A stretch of 64,000 bases of DNA from Candidatus Oxydemutatoraceae bacterium (GCA_965218975.1 OZ244717.1:1888001-1952000), one strand, 5' to 3'. Shown: positions 1 to 13,049, counted from the stretch's first letter. Numbers and translations are program-made. Notes: generated by a model from the sequence alone, not told the origin.

Positions 1-109
1 CGGGGACTTCAAATGTTTGACCGGTCGAAGCAATCGTTGCTTTGAACGTCGTTGGGGTTTTCTTAAAAAGTCCGAACATGATTAATCCTCGTTGTTGATT
101 TCCAATGAA

Positions 110-1192
110 TTATTCGACAAGCAAACCATCCGCTTCGGGAAGATTGCCGACAGCGGTCAACAATTCGTAACTGATGGTATCACAGTGCACGGCAACTTCC
201 CGCACCGGAACATGCGAACCCCACAATTCTACCGTATCACCGGTTTGAACATCAATATTATCTAAGGAGACGACAATCATATCCATTGACACGCGCCCTA
301 GTAACCGTTGACGACTCCCGCACACCCAAACCGGAGTTTCATTGTTTGCATGACGCGGATAACCGTTTCCATAACCGATTGCGATAATACCCACTTGCAT
401 GTCGGCAGAACAAATATACTTGGCACCGTAACCAATGCTGTCACCTTTGCGACACCGGCGCACCGTCAACACCGGAGCGAATACATGCATTGCGGGCATG
501 AATTCTTCGTCATATCGCGAAGCGGATTCGGGCAACGCGCCGTATAACGCGATGCCTGCACGCACCCATTGATAACGAGACTGCGGCAAGTTAAGGCAAG
601 CGGCGGAATTGGCCAAGCTAGCCTGCGACGAATATTCACTGCGCAAAGCTTCAAACAAATCCAATTGTTTTTGATTCATCGCCGCAGCTTCTTCGTCCGC
701 ACAGGCGAAGTGCGACATTAAAACCGGCGGATACGCCAAATCATTTAGCCTCGATAAACGTCGCATGACATCCGGCGCATCGCATAGTGGAAAACCCAAA
801 CGGTTCATACCCGTATCAAACTTCACCCACAGCCGTAACGAACAAACGGTAGAATGTTGCTCCAAGCATGCTAACTGTTCGGGAGAATAAACAACTAAAT
901 CAATGCCGTGCTTGACCGCGATGTGCAAATCATTCGCATCATGCCACCCTTGCATCACAAGTATTTTATCGTCGATATTTGCGTCGCGTAATGCCATCGC
1001 TTCGGCAATGGTGGTAACGGCAAAGCCGTCCGCCGACGATAAACTGCGGGCAGTTTTGATAATCCCATGTCCGTAAGCATTGCATTTGACTACCGCCAGC
1101 ACCCGCGCCGGCGCACAAATTCTTTTCAACCGTTGGTAATTCGCCGCAATCGCATCCGTATCAATAAACTTTTCCACAACCCGTAAAGTCAT
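110..1192 (-). CDS. alr: Alanine racemase
   Basis: AVVKCNAYGHG PLP-lysine motif, DTGMNRLG, GYGNGYPR and GRVSMD motifs; ATG at 1192; follows dnaB. Confidence 0.96.
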   Translation of the reverse strand: MTLRVVEKFIDTDAIAANYQRLKRICAPARVLAVVKCNAYGHGIIKTARSLSSADGFAVTTIAEAMALRDANIDDKILVMQGWHDANDLHIAVKHGIDLVVYSPEQLACLEQHSTVCSLRLWVKFDTGMNRLGFPLCDAPDVMRRLSRLNDLAYPPVLMSHFACADEEAAAMNQKQLDLFEALRSEYSSQASLANSAACLNLPQSRYQWVRAGIALYGALPESASRYDEEFMPAMHVFAPVLTVRRCRKGDSIGYGAKYICSADMQVGIIAIGYGNGYPRHANNETPVWVCGSRQRLLGRVSMDMIVVSLDNIDVQTGDTVELWGSHVPVREVAVHCDTISYELLTAVGNLPEADGLLVE

Positions 1193-1251
1193 AACCAATC
1201 AAGGGAATAAAAACTGCCGCGGAAACAACTCATACATGAAGCAGAAACGGT

Positions 1252-2721
1252 CTATATCACATCATTGATATCGGCGCCGTCTCCCGCACCCAGATTTCCT
1301 CCCGTACGTATCGAATACGCTTCCTCAGAGGTATAGTTTTCAAACTTGGAGTACTTCCCTAGAAAAGTCAGACGCGTCTCAAATTGCGGCCCGTTACGCT
1401 GTTTGGCAACATTGATCTCCGCAATGCCGATGTCTTTGGTGTCTTTGTCGTATGCCTCATCGCGATAAATAAAAACAATGACGTCCGCATCTTGCTCAAT
1501 TGCGCCCGACTCGCGCAGGTCCGCCATCAACGGGCGTCGGTTACTCCGCGACTCCACTGCGCGATTTAACTGCGACAGAGCGATCACCGGAACTTCCATT
1601 TCGCGCGCGAGCGATTTTAACGAACGAGAGATTTCGGAGATTTCAACCACTCGGTTATCAGTGCGGTCGTGATGCTTCATTAATTGCAGATAATCAACCA
1701 CAACCATCGCAAGATCGCCATGTTCGCGCTTAAGACGACGAACACGAGCACGCATCTCAAGCGGCGTTAAATTGCTACTGTCATCAATGTAAATCGCGGT
1801 ATTTTGCAAGATAGTCAGCGCACTAGTCAGACGCGCCCATTCTTCTTCCCGCCGTAATTGCCCACGCTTCAAATCGAGTTGATCGATACGCGCAAGCGAC
1901 GAATAAAAACGCATCGCCAACTGGGTTGCCGACATTTCCAAACTGAAAACGGCAATCGGGCCTTTCTTTTCCTGAATTGCGGCGTGAGCGACAAAATTCA
2001 TCGCCAAACTTGTCTTACCCATGCTTGGCCGTCCGGCAACCACAATCAAATCGCCGTTTTGCAATCCGGAAGTCTGATTGTCAAATTCATAAAAACCGGT
2101 GGCAATGCCGGTAATGTGGTCGCCTTTTTCTTTCGCTCTTCGGGTAAGATCGTCAATAAAATCATACGTTTGAATTCCCACCTGCCCTAAGGAAACAAAC
2201 TCTCTCACTTTGTCGGCGTTGGCACTGGCAATCGCAAATATCTTTTCTTCGGCTTTATCGAGCAATTCCATAGCAGTGATGGCTTTGTCGGGTCGTGTTG
2301 CCTCTTCAATGACAGCGTTGGCGGTCGCGATTAAACGGCGACGAATTGATTTATCCAACACAATCTGCGCATAAAACCCAATGTTGGCAGCGCTCGGAGT
2401 GTCTTTGGCAAGCGAGGCAAGATACGATAAAGTGCCGCTCGAGGCTTGACCGGTGTCGTGCAGGCGATCCGATAAAGTGACGGCATCAAAAGGATCGTTG
2501 CGTTCCGCCAGCGTACTGATGGCATGAAATAAAATGCGGTGCTCTTTTTTAAAAAAATCCTCTTCGTTAATCAAATCGGCAACTTTATCCCATGCCATAT
2601 TATCAATTAGCAAACCGCCGATAACTGCTTCTTCCGCCTCCATCGAATAAGGCGGAGTCCGCAATATTTTCACAGCGGCAGAGTGATCCGGTACGGGAAA
2701 AGGGGGAGGAATCGCTGCCAT
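1252..2721 (-). CDS. dnaB: Replicative DNA helicase
   Basis: GRPSMGKT Walker A, VVDYLQL, LSQLNR, DLRESGAIEQDAD, KQRNGP. Confidence 0.98.
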   Translation of the reverse strand: MAAIPPPFPVPDHSAAVKILRTPPYSMEAEEAVIGGLLIDNMAWDKVADLINEEDFFKKEHRILFHAISTLAERNDPFDAVTLSDRLHDTGQASSGTLSYLASLAKDTPSAANIGFYAQIVLDKSIRRRLIATANAVIEEATRPDKAITAMELLDKAEEKIFAIASANADKVREFVSLGQVGIQTYDFIDDLTRRAKEKGDHITGIATGFYEFDNQTSGLQNGDLIVVAGRPSMGKTSLAMNFVAHAAIQEKKGPIAVFSLEMSATQLAMRFYSSLARIDQLDLKRGQLRREEEWARLTSALTILQNTAIYIDDSSNLTPLEMRARVRRLKREHGDLAMVVVDYLQLMKHHDRTDNRVVEISEISRSLKSLAREMEVPVIALSQLNRAVESRSNRRPLMADLRESGAIEQDADVIVFIYRDEAYDKDTKDIGIAEINVAKQRNGPQFETRLTFLGKYSKFENYTSEEAYSIRTGGNLGAGDGADINDVI

Positions 2722-2733
2722 TATAACACTTGG

Positions 2734-3186
2734 TTATTCCTCAGCAACGATATTGACTTTGATAACAGCATCAACATCGGCATGCAATGCCAGCGTGATA
2801 GGAAACGTGCCGATCTCGCGCAACGCTTCCTTCGGCAAACGTACTTCGCGACGTTGCACTTCCTCTGCGCAATTGTTCCGAATTGCCTCAATAATTTCAG
2901 CGCTGCCGACCGAACCGAATAATTTATTCCCGCCGCTCACACGTGCGGTCACATTGATTGAAATCCCGTCTAGCTTTTCCTGTCGCGCACGTGCCCGCGT
3001 CAGTTCGTCTCCCGATTGCCGTTTCAATTCGGCCTTCCTCCGCTCAAACTCAGCAATATTCTCAGGGGTGGCAAACTTGGCTTTTTTTTGCGGGATCAAG
3101 TAATTGCGCGCATAGCCGGGTTTAACCCTGACGATATCGCCCAAATCGCCGAGTTGCTCAATTCTTGATAATAAAATGACTTCCAT
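2734..3186 (-). CDS. rplI: 50S ribosomal protein L9
   Basis: MEVILL...LGDLGDIVRVKPGYARNYLIP, KLFGSV; 150 aa. Confidence 0.98.
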   Translation of the reverse strand: MEVILLSRIEQLGDLGDIVRVKPGYARNYLIPQKKAKFATPENIAEFERRKAELKRQSGDELTRARARQEKLDGISINVTARVSGGNKLFGSVGSAEIIEAIRNNCAEEVQRREVRLPKEALREIGTFPITLALHADVDAVIKVNIVAEE

Positions 3187-3210
3187 TATTTTCTCACCGG
3201 TTAATTTATT

Positions 3211-4140
3211 TCAGCCGACCAAGTCGGACCGCTCCACACGACCACGTAAATCGATAAAGCTCTCCAATATTCCAAAAACTCCCACCAAAATTGGCAGCAG
3301 CGGTACGATCGGCGATAACACCAGTGAACCGTAGAACAAAAATAGGAACAATTTCCCTTCATTTAATCTGCTCAACAAAAAATGTACCGTAGCAATGCCT
3401 TGAAACAAGAAAATCGTCATCAAAACAATAATCAACTCGGTGACAAAGCTACTTTCTACCAGCGCCGCCGCTGCCAATATCACCAATCCGAAAACAGCAA
3501 TGGCCTTGCCTAATTTTATCGCAGTAAACGACTTTTTGAAACCGCCCGGTTCGAGCAAGAGAAACTGCCACCAATACGCGAGCAATACGGAAGCAATCCA
3601 AACCAGCAGCATTGATGAAACGGCAAATCCGGTCATTAACTCAAGCAAGGCATCATATTGCTTGACGATGTCGGAGCGACTTTCAAGAAACGTATCTATA
3701 TTGCCTTGCGATGTCCAACGAAAGAAATCCGCCCACATCGCGGCGCTATCCGGAACAAGCAAGAATATTCCCAACACCGCCAGCACAGAAACTACTGCAC
3801 AAAACTGAAATAACATCGACAATGATTGTGTCGTCCGCACTAATTGCACCAAACCGATGATCGGTAGCCATTGCAGAAACAAGAACAAAAATACATTGCC
3901 GGTTTCCGTAAGCATTATCTGAAAATAATCGGTTATCCATAACAGCACGAATAAGATCAATGTCGAGAAAATCATCACGAGCAACGCTCGTTGATAGCCG
4001 AATCGGAAAGCAAACAAGCCGAGTGCGGAACCACTAAGTAAACTACCGAAAGGTACGATCAACGCCAGCCAAGCAAAGCCGGCGATACATAAAGCCGCTT
4101 GTCCGTAGCCGGAAATCACAAATGCGGCGAGTTTCGTCAT
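3211..4140 (-). CDS. Multi-pass membrane protein (DUF2232/YybS-like)
   Basis: Hydrophobic throughout; lies between rpsR and rplI, where this family is usual in many Gammaproteobacteria; C-terminal FIDLRGR. Confidence 0.75.
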   Translation of the reverse strand: MTKLAAFVISGYGQAALCIAGFAWLALIVPFGSLLSGSALGLFAFRFGYQRALLVMIFSTLILFVLLWITDYFQIMLTETGNVFLFLFLQWLPIIGLVQLVRTTQSLSMLFQFCAVVSVLAVLGIFLLVPDSAAMWADFFRWTSQGNIDTFLESRSDIVKQYDALLELMTGFAVSSMLLVWIASVLLAYWWQFLLLEPGGFKKSFTAIKLGKAIAVFGLVILAAAALVESSFVTELIIVLMTIFLFQGIATVHFLLSRLNEGKLFLFLFYGSLVLSPIVPLLPILVGVFGILESFIDLRGRVERSDLVG

Positions 4141-4179
4141 TGTCGGCGATGTGTCGGAAAATCCGCCGGAAAATTCGCT

Positions 4180-4404
4180 TTAATGTTTATCGCAATAGGG
4201 CAATAAAGCCAAATAACGCGCACGTTTAATCGCCCGCGCCAACTGACGTTGATAACGCGCTTTAGTTCTCGTTACTCGGCTGGGGATGATCTTACCGGTT
4301 TCAGTGATAAAGTCTCCAAACAAGTGAATATCTTTATAATCAATCTCCGTAATGCCCTCTTCAGTAAATTTACAGTACCTTCTGCGTTTCGGATAATAAA
4401 CCAT
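4180..4404 (-). CDS. rpsR: 30S ribosomal protein S18
   Basis: IDYKD...[11 protein letters not shown]...[19 protein letters not shown]; start taken as ATG 4404 (MVYYPKRRR). Confidence 0.97.
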   Translation of the reverse strand: MVYYPKRRRYCKFTEEGITEIDYKDIHLFGDFITETGKIIPSRVTRTKARYQRQLARAIKRARYLALLPYCDKH

Positions 4405-4408
4405 TGCT

Positions 4409-4882
4409 TTACTCCTGAATGACGGCGGGTTGTACCGCATCCGACTGCTCCGCCGGAGGGAAACTTTCGCCCATCGCATTGCCGTCAAGCATTGAAGACG
4501 GAGCATACGCTTGCTTCTCTTGCTTCTCTTGCTTCTCTTGCTTCTCTTGCTTCTCTTCTTCTTCTTTCATCGTCAGTATCGGCGAAGCAGCAGTAATTGC
4601 GCGATCACGCTTAAGGATCAAGTGCCGAATAATCGCATCGTTGTAACGAAAAATATTTTGCAATTCTTCGAACGATTTGTCATTGCACTCAATATTCATC
4701 AAAATATAGCGGGCTTTATAAACTTGCTTAATCGGATAAGCCAGCTTGCGCATGCCCCAATCTTCCAGACGATGAATCTTTCCCTGCTCCGACTCAATGA
4801 TCAAACGATAGCGTTCGATCATTGAGTCAACTTGCTCCGCTTGGTCGGGGTGAACCAAAAAAACGATTTCGTAATGTCGCAT
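4409..4882 (-). CDS. rpsF: 30S ribosomal protein S6 with long C-terminal tail
   Basis: [26 protein letters not shown]; AAGGAG SD upstream. Confidence 0.97.
   Translation of the reverse strand: MRHYEIVFLVHPDQAEQVDSMIERYRLIIESEQGKIHRLEDWGMRKLAYPIKQVYKARYILMNIECNDKSFEELQNIFRYNDAIIRHLILKRDRAITAASPILTMKEEEEKQEKQEKQEKQEKQAYAPSSMLDGNAMGESFPPAEQSDAVQPAVIQE
4510..4554. repeat. 9-bp tandem repeat (CTTGCTTCT)x5 encoding EKQ x5 in the S6 tail
   Basis: Five perfect units read directly from the sequence. Confidence 0.95.
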
Positions 4883-4888
4883 TGTTGT

Positions 4889-4940
4889 CTCCTTTCGGTC
4901 TGAGACTCCCTCGCGCCGCGGTCGGCGAGTAGAATAAGGA
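4889..4940 (-). promoter_or_regulatory. Putative S6:S18 (rpsF leader) autoregulatory RNA
   Basis: Minus strand UCCUU...CUCGC/GCGAG inner stem...CCG-AAAGGAG; the 5' UCCUU can pair with the SD and a CCG precedes it, as in the known S6:S18 leader. Confidence 0.6.
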
Positions 4941-4993
4941 TTAAAAAAGACGATTATACACGTCTCGCTTGAACAGAAAAACGTTTTCTGAAA

Positions 4994-5740
4994 TTATGCT
5001 TCAAACTCCTGAATCTGCCGACGCATTTCATATAACAAAACTGCCGCTGCAACCGATACGTTCAGACTTTCAACTTCACCTCGCATTGGAATTGTTGCCA
5101 AATAATCGCAATGTTTTGCGGTTAAACGGCGCAATCCCTTTCTCTCCGATCCGAAAATCACCGCGATCGGACGCCGATAATCAATCGCATCATAACGTAT
5201 CGTTGCTGTAGAATCAGCACCCACCAACCATACTCCCGCTGATTGCAGGCGTTGAAGCACTCGGACCAAATTCGTCACTTTGGCAACCGGAACGCGTGCG
5301 GCGGAACCGGATGCCGCTTTGATGGCAACAGGGGTTAAATCCACCGACTTATCCGCGTTAATTACTACCGCATTGACACCGCATGCTTCCGCCGTGCGCA
5401 AACAAGCGCCTAAGTTACGCGGATCGTTGATACAATCAAGCACCAAAAGTTTGGGCGTGGCGACCGTCGTCACCAGATCAATCAGCTGCTTTTCATTGAG
5501 GTAATCAGGCACCTCACACAAAGCGGCAATGTTTTGATGCGCGGCATTGCCGGTGATCCGCCGAATCTCATCCGATGTTTTTTGCCGACAAAAAATGCCG
5601 GCTTGCTTCACTTGCTCAATCAATATCTTCACGCGCCGTCTATTTTGCAACGCGCCAATCCAAATTTCGTGCACTGTTTCAGGCTGCGCCCGCACTGCTG
5701 CAAGTACACTATTCATCCCATAGATCCAGATCGAACTCAT
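4994..5740 (-). CDS. rlmB: 23S rRNA Gm2251 methyltransferase
   Basis: DPRNLGACLRTA, GSERKGLRRL, IPMRGEVESLNVSVA SPOUT motifs; rnr-rlmB-rpsF order. Confidence 0.95.
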   Translation of the reverse strand: MSSIWIYGMNSVLAAVRAQPETVHEIWIGALQNRRRVKILIEQVKQAGIFCRQKTSDEIRRITGNAAHQNIAALCEVPDYLNEKQLIDLVTTVATPKLLVLDCINDPRNLGACLRTAEACGVNAVVINADKSVDLTPVAIKAASGSAARVPVAKVTNLVRVLQRLQSAGVWLVGADSTATIRYDAIDYRRPIAVIFGSERKGLRRLTAKHCDYLATIPMRGEVESLNVSVAAAVLLYEMRRQIQEFEA

Positions 5741-7680
5741 TTATTCACGGCATCACCGACACGGCGACGTAGTCGGCGGCGATCACGTGTTTCAGGCAAT
5801 ACCAAATCTATGCGCCGCAATTCGGCATCAATTTGCGCCAAAATGACTTTGATTTTATCCCCCTGCCGATAAGTTGTCCCGGTCCTTTCGCCAACCAAAC
5901 TGAAGTTTACCGCATCAAGTGCATAAAAATCGGACGACAAATTCGTAACGTGCAGAAGACCCTCAACATAAATATTGTCCAGCGCGACAAACAAACCGAA
6001 AGAAGTGGCCGAAGTGACCACGCCGGAAAAGGTTTTTCCGATATGTCGCTCGGCATACACGCACTTCAAGTATTTTTCAACATCGTGCGCCGCATCATCG
6101 GCACGCTTCTCGGTCATCGAACAATGCGCTCCCATTCCTTCCAAACCTTTCTCGCCATATTCCACGCCTGCCGTAGAATCCAACACCGAATGAATGGCGC
6201 GATGCACCAACAGGTCGGGATAGCGCCGAATCGGCGAAGTAAAGTGGGTATATTCCTCCAATGCAAGCCCGTAGTGCCCGATGTTTTCAGGTTGATAAAT
6301 CGCGCGTGTCAAACTATGCAACACGACCGATTGAATCAGATGGCCGTCATCACAATCTTTGGCTCGCTTTAGCACTTCCGCCAGCCCTTTGCTGTCACGA
6401 CCAAAATGAATACCGCATTTATTTAGAAATGATTTTAAGCGGCTGATCGAATCTTGTTTTAATCCGGTATGTACGCGATAAACAAGATTTTTCTTACGAG
6501 CAGTAAGAAACCGCGCGGCACAGACGTTGGCACAAATCATAAATTCTTCGATCAGGCGATGCGCCGAATTTCGCACAGCGGGAATAATCGCACGTACTTT
6601 GCCGGTTTTATCAAATAAAAATATGGTCTCAAGCGTATCAATATCCAATGTGCCGCGTTCATCCCGGCGTTGCAGCAACACCTGATATGCTTGATATGAC
6701 GCACGCAACATCCGTGCTATTTCAACGGTAATGCCAGCGGCGCGATGATGCGATAATTTATCATCGTTAAAGAATTGATCAACTTGGCTGTACGTTAGCC
6801 GTGCACGAGAACGAATCACACCGCGAGAAAATTTATAGCGGACAATATCGCCTTTCGAGCTAAGATTCAAATGACATACTAGCGCCAACTTGTCTTTCTG
6901 CGGACGCAAGGAACACACTTCATCCGACAATACAGCCGGCAGCATCGGCACCACATAGCTAGGAAAATAAACCGAATTGCCGCGATCAAGTGCGGCTTGA
7001 TCCAAAGCGCTACCAGCGGCAACATAACTAGCAACATCGGCGATGGCAACGGAAATGCGCCAACCGCTATCGGTTTTAGCGCAATGAATCGCATCGTCAA
7101 AATCTTTGGCATCCTCGCCGTCTATCGTCACAAAGCAACAATCACGCAAATCTTCGCGCGTTTTACATTCGTCCGCCATTGATTTTTCAGCGGCAGATCT
7201 TTGCGCTTCCGCCAACACTCGCTTTTCCCAAATCGTGGGGATATTAAAAGTGCGTAAAACGATCTCGGATTCCAATCGAGCATCGGCGTAATGACTCAAA
7301 CGGTCAATCACTTTACCGAACACAGTGGAAGCCGGTTTTCTAGGGGTGGTCAGACGCACCAATACAGTCTCGCCGGCCAAGCGCGCTGCTTCGGAAACGA
7401 CGATGCGGTCAACGCCAATTTCATGCAGAGGTTCCACCTGCCCCTGACGGTTCGCTATGCCGACTACTTCTCGGTCGCGTTTCAACAGATGAATGCCGGT
7501 AACTTTGTTGTCGCGGGGTGAGAAACGCACTTCCACTCGATCGCCATCGACCAGCGGCATCGGCATCAAATGATGTGGCAGCGTCATGTCATCATATTGC
7601 CGGTCATCAGGCGCAAATATACTTTCGCCATGCGCCGCAAGGAAAGTTCCGATCAGCTGTTTCTTCATATCAAATTGCAA
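5737..7680 (-). CDS. rnr: Ribonuclease R (short N-terminus)
   Basis: TIDGEDAKDFDDA, HRLIEEFM, YTHFTSPIRRYPDL, C-terminal S1 domain; start may be ATG 7668. Confidence 0.92.
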   Translation of the reverse strand: MQFDMKKQLIGTFLAAHGESIFAPDDRQYDDMTLPHHLMPMPLVDGDRVEVRFSPRDNKVTGIHLLKRDREVVGIANRQGQVEPLHEIGVDRIVVSEAARLAGETVLVRLTTPRKPASTVFGKVIDRLSHYADARLESEIVLRTFNIPTIWEKRVLAEAQRSAAEKSMADECKTREDLRDCCFVTIDGEDAKDFDDAIHCAKTDSGWRISVAIADVASYVAAGSALDQAALDRGNSVYFPSYVVPMLPAVLSDEVCSLRPQKDKLALVCHLNLSSKGDIVRYKFSRGVIRSRARLTYSQVDQFFNDDKLSHHRAAGITVEIARMLRASYQAYQVLLQRRDERGTLDIDTLETIFLFDKTGKVRAIIPAVRNSAHRLIEEFMICANVCAARFLTARKKNLVYRVHTGLKQDSISRLKSFLNKCGIHFGRDSKGLAEVLKRAKDCDDGHLIQSVVLHSLTRAIYQPENIGHYGLALEEYTHFTSPIRRYPDLLVHRAIHSVLDSTAGVEYGEKGLEGMGAHCSMTEKRADDAAHDVEKYLKCVYAERHIGKTFSGVVTSATSFGLFVALDNIYVEGLLHVTNLSSDFYALDAVNFSLVGERTGTTYRQGDKIKVILAQIDAELRRIDLVLPETRDRRRLRRRVGDAVNK

Positions 7681-7824
7681 ATTGAAGTCAATGCCAAGAA
7701 TAAAGAATTATATCCTTTAATCCGCACCTCTAACCGCGGATGCCGATATAGTTTACGAATTTATACGCTTCTTCAAATTATCCCGTGATGATTCAAGCAA
7801 TATGTGGTGGACCCATACAAATAT

Positions 7825-7853
7825 TTGACACATCACACACAAAAATATAAAGT
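7825..7853 (+). promoter_or_regulatory. Sigma70-type promoter for tRNA-Leu
   Basis: TTGACA-N17-TAAAGT ending 26 nt before the tRNA. Confidence 0.6.
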
Positions 7854-7879
7854 CATTGCCGGTCCTTATTGTATCCTTT

Positions 7880-7966
7880 GCCGGGGTGGCGGAATTGGTA
7901 GACGCGCTAGCTTCAGGTGCTAGTGGAGGTAACTCCGTGGAGGTTCAAGTCCTCTCCTCGGCACCA
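7880..7966 (+). tRNA. tRNA-Leu(CAG)
   Basis: GCCGGGG/CTCGGC acceptor stem, CTAGC-TTCAGGT-GCTAG anticodon arm, long variable arm, GGTTCAAGTCC, CCA end. Confidence 0.96.
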
Positions 7967-8318
7967 ACATCAATTTTAGGCTTAAGTCGCCTGAGTTCAT
8001 CACGAATACCCAACGGCTTAAAGGTTTGCAAGCTCGTTATCAGTCACTCAAAAACTCTACAAACCTCCTCGGTAAATCTTCTTGCGGGCAGTATAGGCAT
8101 GCCACTCTCATTTACTTAACACTGTCTGGCGCTCGCACACTCACACTCTATAGGTATTGATATTCTACACGCGGGAATCGCTTTGGTACGTTTTTTAATG
8201 TGCCGACAGAATACGCCGAGCGCATGCTAATAAAGTAAACAAGCGGCGAATAAAACGGTTGATCAAACTTCTCTTCACGTCCGGCAACTTGTTAGACCTC
8301 GTCCGCTCACGTCGCTGA

Positions 8319-10778
<2,460 letters not shown>

Positions 10779-10779
<1 letters not shown>

Positions 10780-10970
10780 CACCAACGTGCCGCATAGACA
10801 ACTAACAGTCCGACAATCATACAACCCAACCCGACAATACGGAATGCACGATCATTGAACGATAAAAAATCTTCCAGAAAACGCCGCGCTGTTTGAGGTC
10901 TGATAAAAGGCAGGATACCTTCCAAAATCAGCACTAAACCGAGCGCCGTCAGAAAATCAGACCATTGCAT
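10779..10970 (-). CDS. DUF2065/YjeT-family small membrane protein
   Basis: ALGLVLILEGILPF...RIVGL; canonical position after hflC. Confidence 0.9.
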
Positions 10971-11005
10971 AAAAAATTACTGTGCCGGAAAGAAACTAAT
11001 TCTTA

Positions 11006-11875
11006 TCAGAATTTCCGGCCATGAGGATTTGAAAAGTAACGGAAAAAAACAGAATCAGGCTCCAGCACCAACATATCTTCTTTTTGCTTAAAAGTGTTCG
11101 TATAAGCGGTGATACTACGTGAAAACGAATAGAATTCAGGATCTTTGTTATATGCTTTGGCATAAATATTGGTGGATTTTGCGTCACCTTCACCTCGAAT
11201 ACGTTCGGCTTCACGGTAAGCACCGGCAATAATCTCAGTCCGCTTGCGATCAACTTCGGCGCGAATGCGTTCGGCTTTCTCTTGTCCTCGCGCACGAAAA
11301 TCACGGGCGACACGTTGCCGTTCGGCACGCATTCGCTCATAAACCGAACCGCTCACATCATCGGGCAAGTCAATCCGACTGATCCGAACATCAATGACTT
11401 CCATCCCTAAAGTGGCGGCGAGTTCATTGGATTTCACTTGCAGAATATTCATGATCTCACTGCGCTCACCGGATACGACTTGTTTAATCGTGCGCTTGCC
11501 AAATTCATTTCTCAAACCGTCTTTCATAATCTGTGAGAGGCGATTTTGCGCATTGCGCTCTTCGCCAAGCGTCGCGCGGTAGTACTGCGTAACATCTTTA
11601 ATCCGCCATTTGACAAAGAAATCCACCGTAACGTTTTTCTTCTCAACGGTTAAAAAACTTTCCGGGCGCGCATTTAAAGTCAGGATACGCGCATCAAAAG
11701 TGCGTACATTGTTGACAAAAGGGTATTTGAAGTGGACCCCGGGAGCAACGTTGGGGTTGATAATTTCACCAAGACGAAAAAGCAATGCTTTTTCACGTTG
11801 ATCGACCGTATAAATGACTGTGGAAGCAAATACCAAAATTACCGCAGCAACCGCCAATAAAATTTTACCGCTCAT
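11006..11875 (-). CDS. hflC: FtsH modulator HflC
   Basis: SPFH domain, LRNEFGKRT, VYERMRAER, DPEFYSF. Confidence 0.97.
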   Translation of the reverse strand: MSGKILLAVAAVILVFASTVIYTVDQREKALLFRLGEIINPNVAPGVHFKYPFVNNVRTFDARILTLNARPESFLTVEKKNVTVDFFVKWRIKDVTQYYRATLGEERNAQNRLSQIMKDGLRNEFGKRTIKQVVSGERSEIMNILQVKSNELAATLGMEVIDVRISRIDLPDDVSGSVYERMRAERQRVARDFRARGQEKAERIRAEVDRKRTEIIAGAYREAERIRGEGDAKSTNIYAKAYNKDPEFYSFSRSITAYTNTFKQKEDMLVLEPDSVFFRYFSNPHGRKF

Positions 11876-13049
11876 TAGAACGCCCGTTCTCCCCGCGCAT
11901 GCTACGATTGCTTGAACGCGAACGGCTATTTGACCGCGTATCGCTCTCGCCGCTCAACGCACCCGAACCGCTTTGACTACCGCGGCGTTCCTGAGACGTA
12001 GCATCCCCGCGACTAATCATCTTATCCAGAGGTAAGTAAAATATGCTATCCCCTCCTTCGACATCCATCATCACCTTGCTGGTATTAGACAACACCGACT
12101 CCATCGCTTGCAAATACAAACGTTCGCGCGTTACTTCCGGCGCTTTGCGGTACTCCTCATATAACTTCAGAAAACGCTCCGCTTCGCCTTCCGCATTGGC
12201 AATCACCTTCTCGCGGTAAGCAATCGACTCTTCATTCATACGCGCCGCTTCACCTCGCGCTTTCGGCAAAATACCGTTGGCATAAGCTTGCGCTTCATTG
12301 ACGAAACGTATCTCATCCTCGCGTGCCTTAATCGCATCGGCAAAAGCATCCTGCACCGCCGGCGGCGGTTGCGATTGCTGCAAATTTACGCTGATGATTT
12401 CCAGCCCCGATACATAATCATCCAACGTGTTTTGCATCAAATCTTTGGTTTGTAACGCAATCTCCGCACGTCCGGCGCCGAGAGTGAAATCCATTTTGCT
12501 TTTACCGACAATTTCGCGCAACGCACTCTCCATTACTTGGAAAACAGTGCCTTCAGCAGGATTTTCAAATGCTTCGGTATCGGGCTTACGCACATTGAAT
12601 AGATAATCCCCGGCATTTTTCACCCGATACTGTACCGCCAACTCAACCTCAACAATATTTTCATCCTCCGTCAACATCTGCGCTTCATTTTGCACCGAGC
12701 GGATGCTGTCGATATCCACTTTTTCAACCGCTTCTATCGGCAAGGGTAAATGCCAATGCGGTCCGGGTCCGGTAGTCGTTTGATAAGCGCCGAAACGTAG
12801 AACCACACCGCGCTTCCCTTCATCGATAATGTAAATACCGGATAATAGCCATGCGGCTACAACAACGATAGCAATTAAAGCGGCGCTGGTTGAACCGGGC
12901 CCGATAATGCGGCCACCGCCTTTGCCAAAGATACGTCCGATTCCAGCTGTCATTTTCCGAAATAAATCGTCTAAATCAGGAGGTCTCTGCTTGTCACCGC
13001 CCCAAGTACCTTTCCCTCCGCGATCATTGTTTGATTGATTCCAAGGCAT
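11865..13049 (-). CDS. hflK: FtsH modulator HflK
   Basis: MPWN...PPDLD, MLTEDENIV, APEVTRERLY; start taken as ATG 13049. Confidence 0.97.
   Translation of the reverse strand: MPWNQSNNDRGGKGTWGGDKQRPPDLDDLFRKMTAGIGRIFGKGGGRIIGPGSTSAALIAIVVVAAWLLSGIYIIDEGKRGVVLRFGAYQTTTGPGPHWHLPLPIEAVEKVDIDSIRSVQNEAQMLTEDENIVEVELAVQYRVKNAGDYLFNVRKPDTEAFENPAEGTVFQVMESALREIVGKSKMDFTLGAGRAEIALQTKDLMQNTLDDYVSGLEIISVNLQQSQPPPAVQDAFADAIKAREDEIRFVNEAQAYANGILPKARGEAARMNEESIAYREKVIANAEGEAERFLKLYEEYRKAPEVTRERLYLQAMESVLSNTSKVMMDVEGGDSIFYLPLDKMISRGDATSQERRGSQSGSGALSGESDTRSNSRSRSSNRSMRGENGRSNER

Noticed and set aside
4511-4825. Poly-Leu ORF on the + strand
   Set aside because: Antisense reading of the rpsF EKQ repeat.
7967-8318. 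Possible ncRNA or pseudogene after tRNA-Leu(CAG)
   Set aside because: No convincing ORF, repeat or RNA motif could be recognised by eye.
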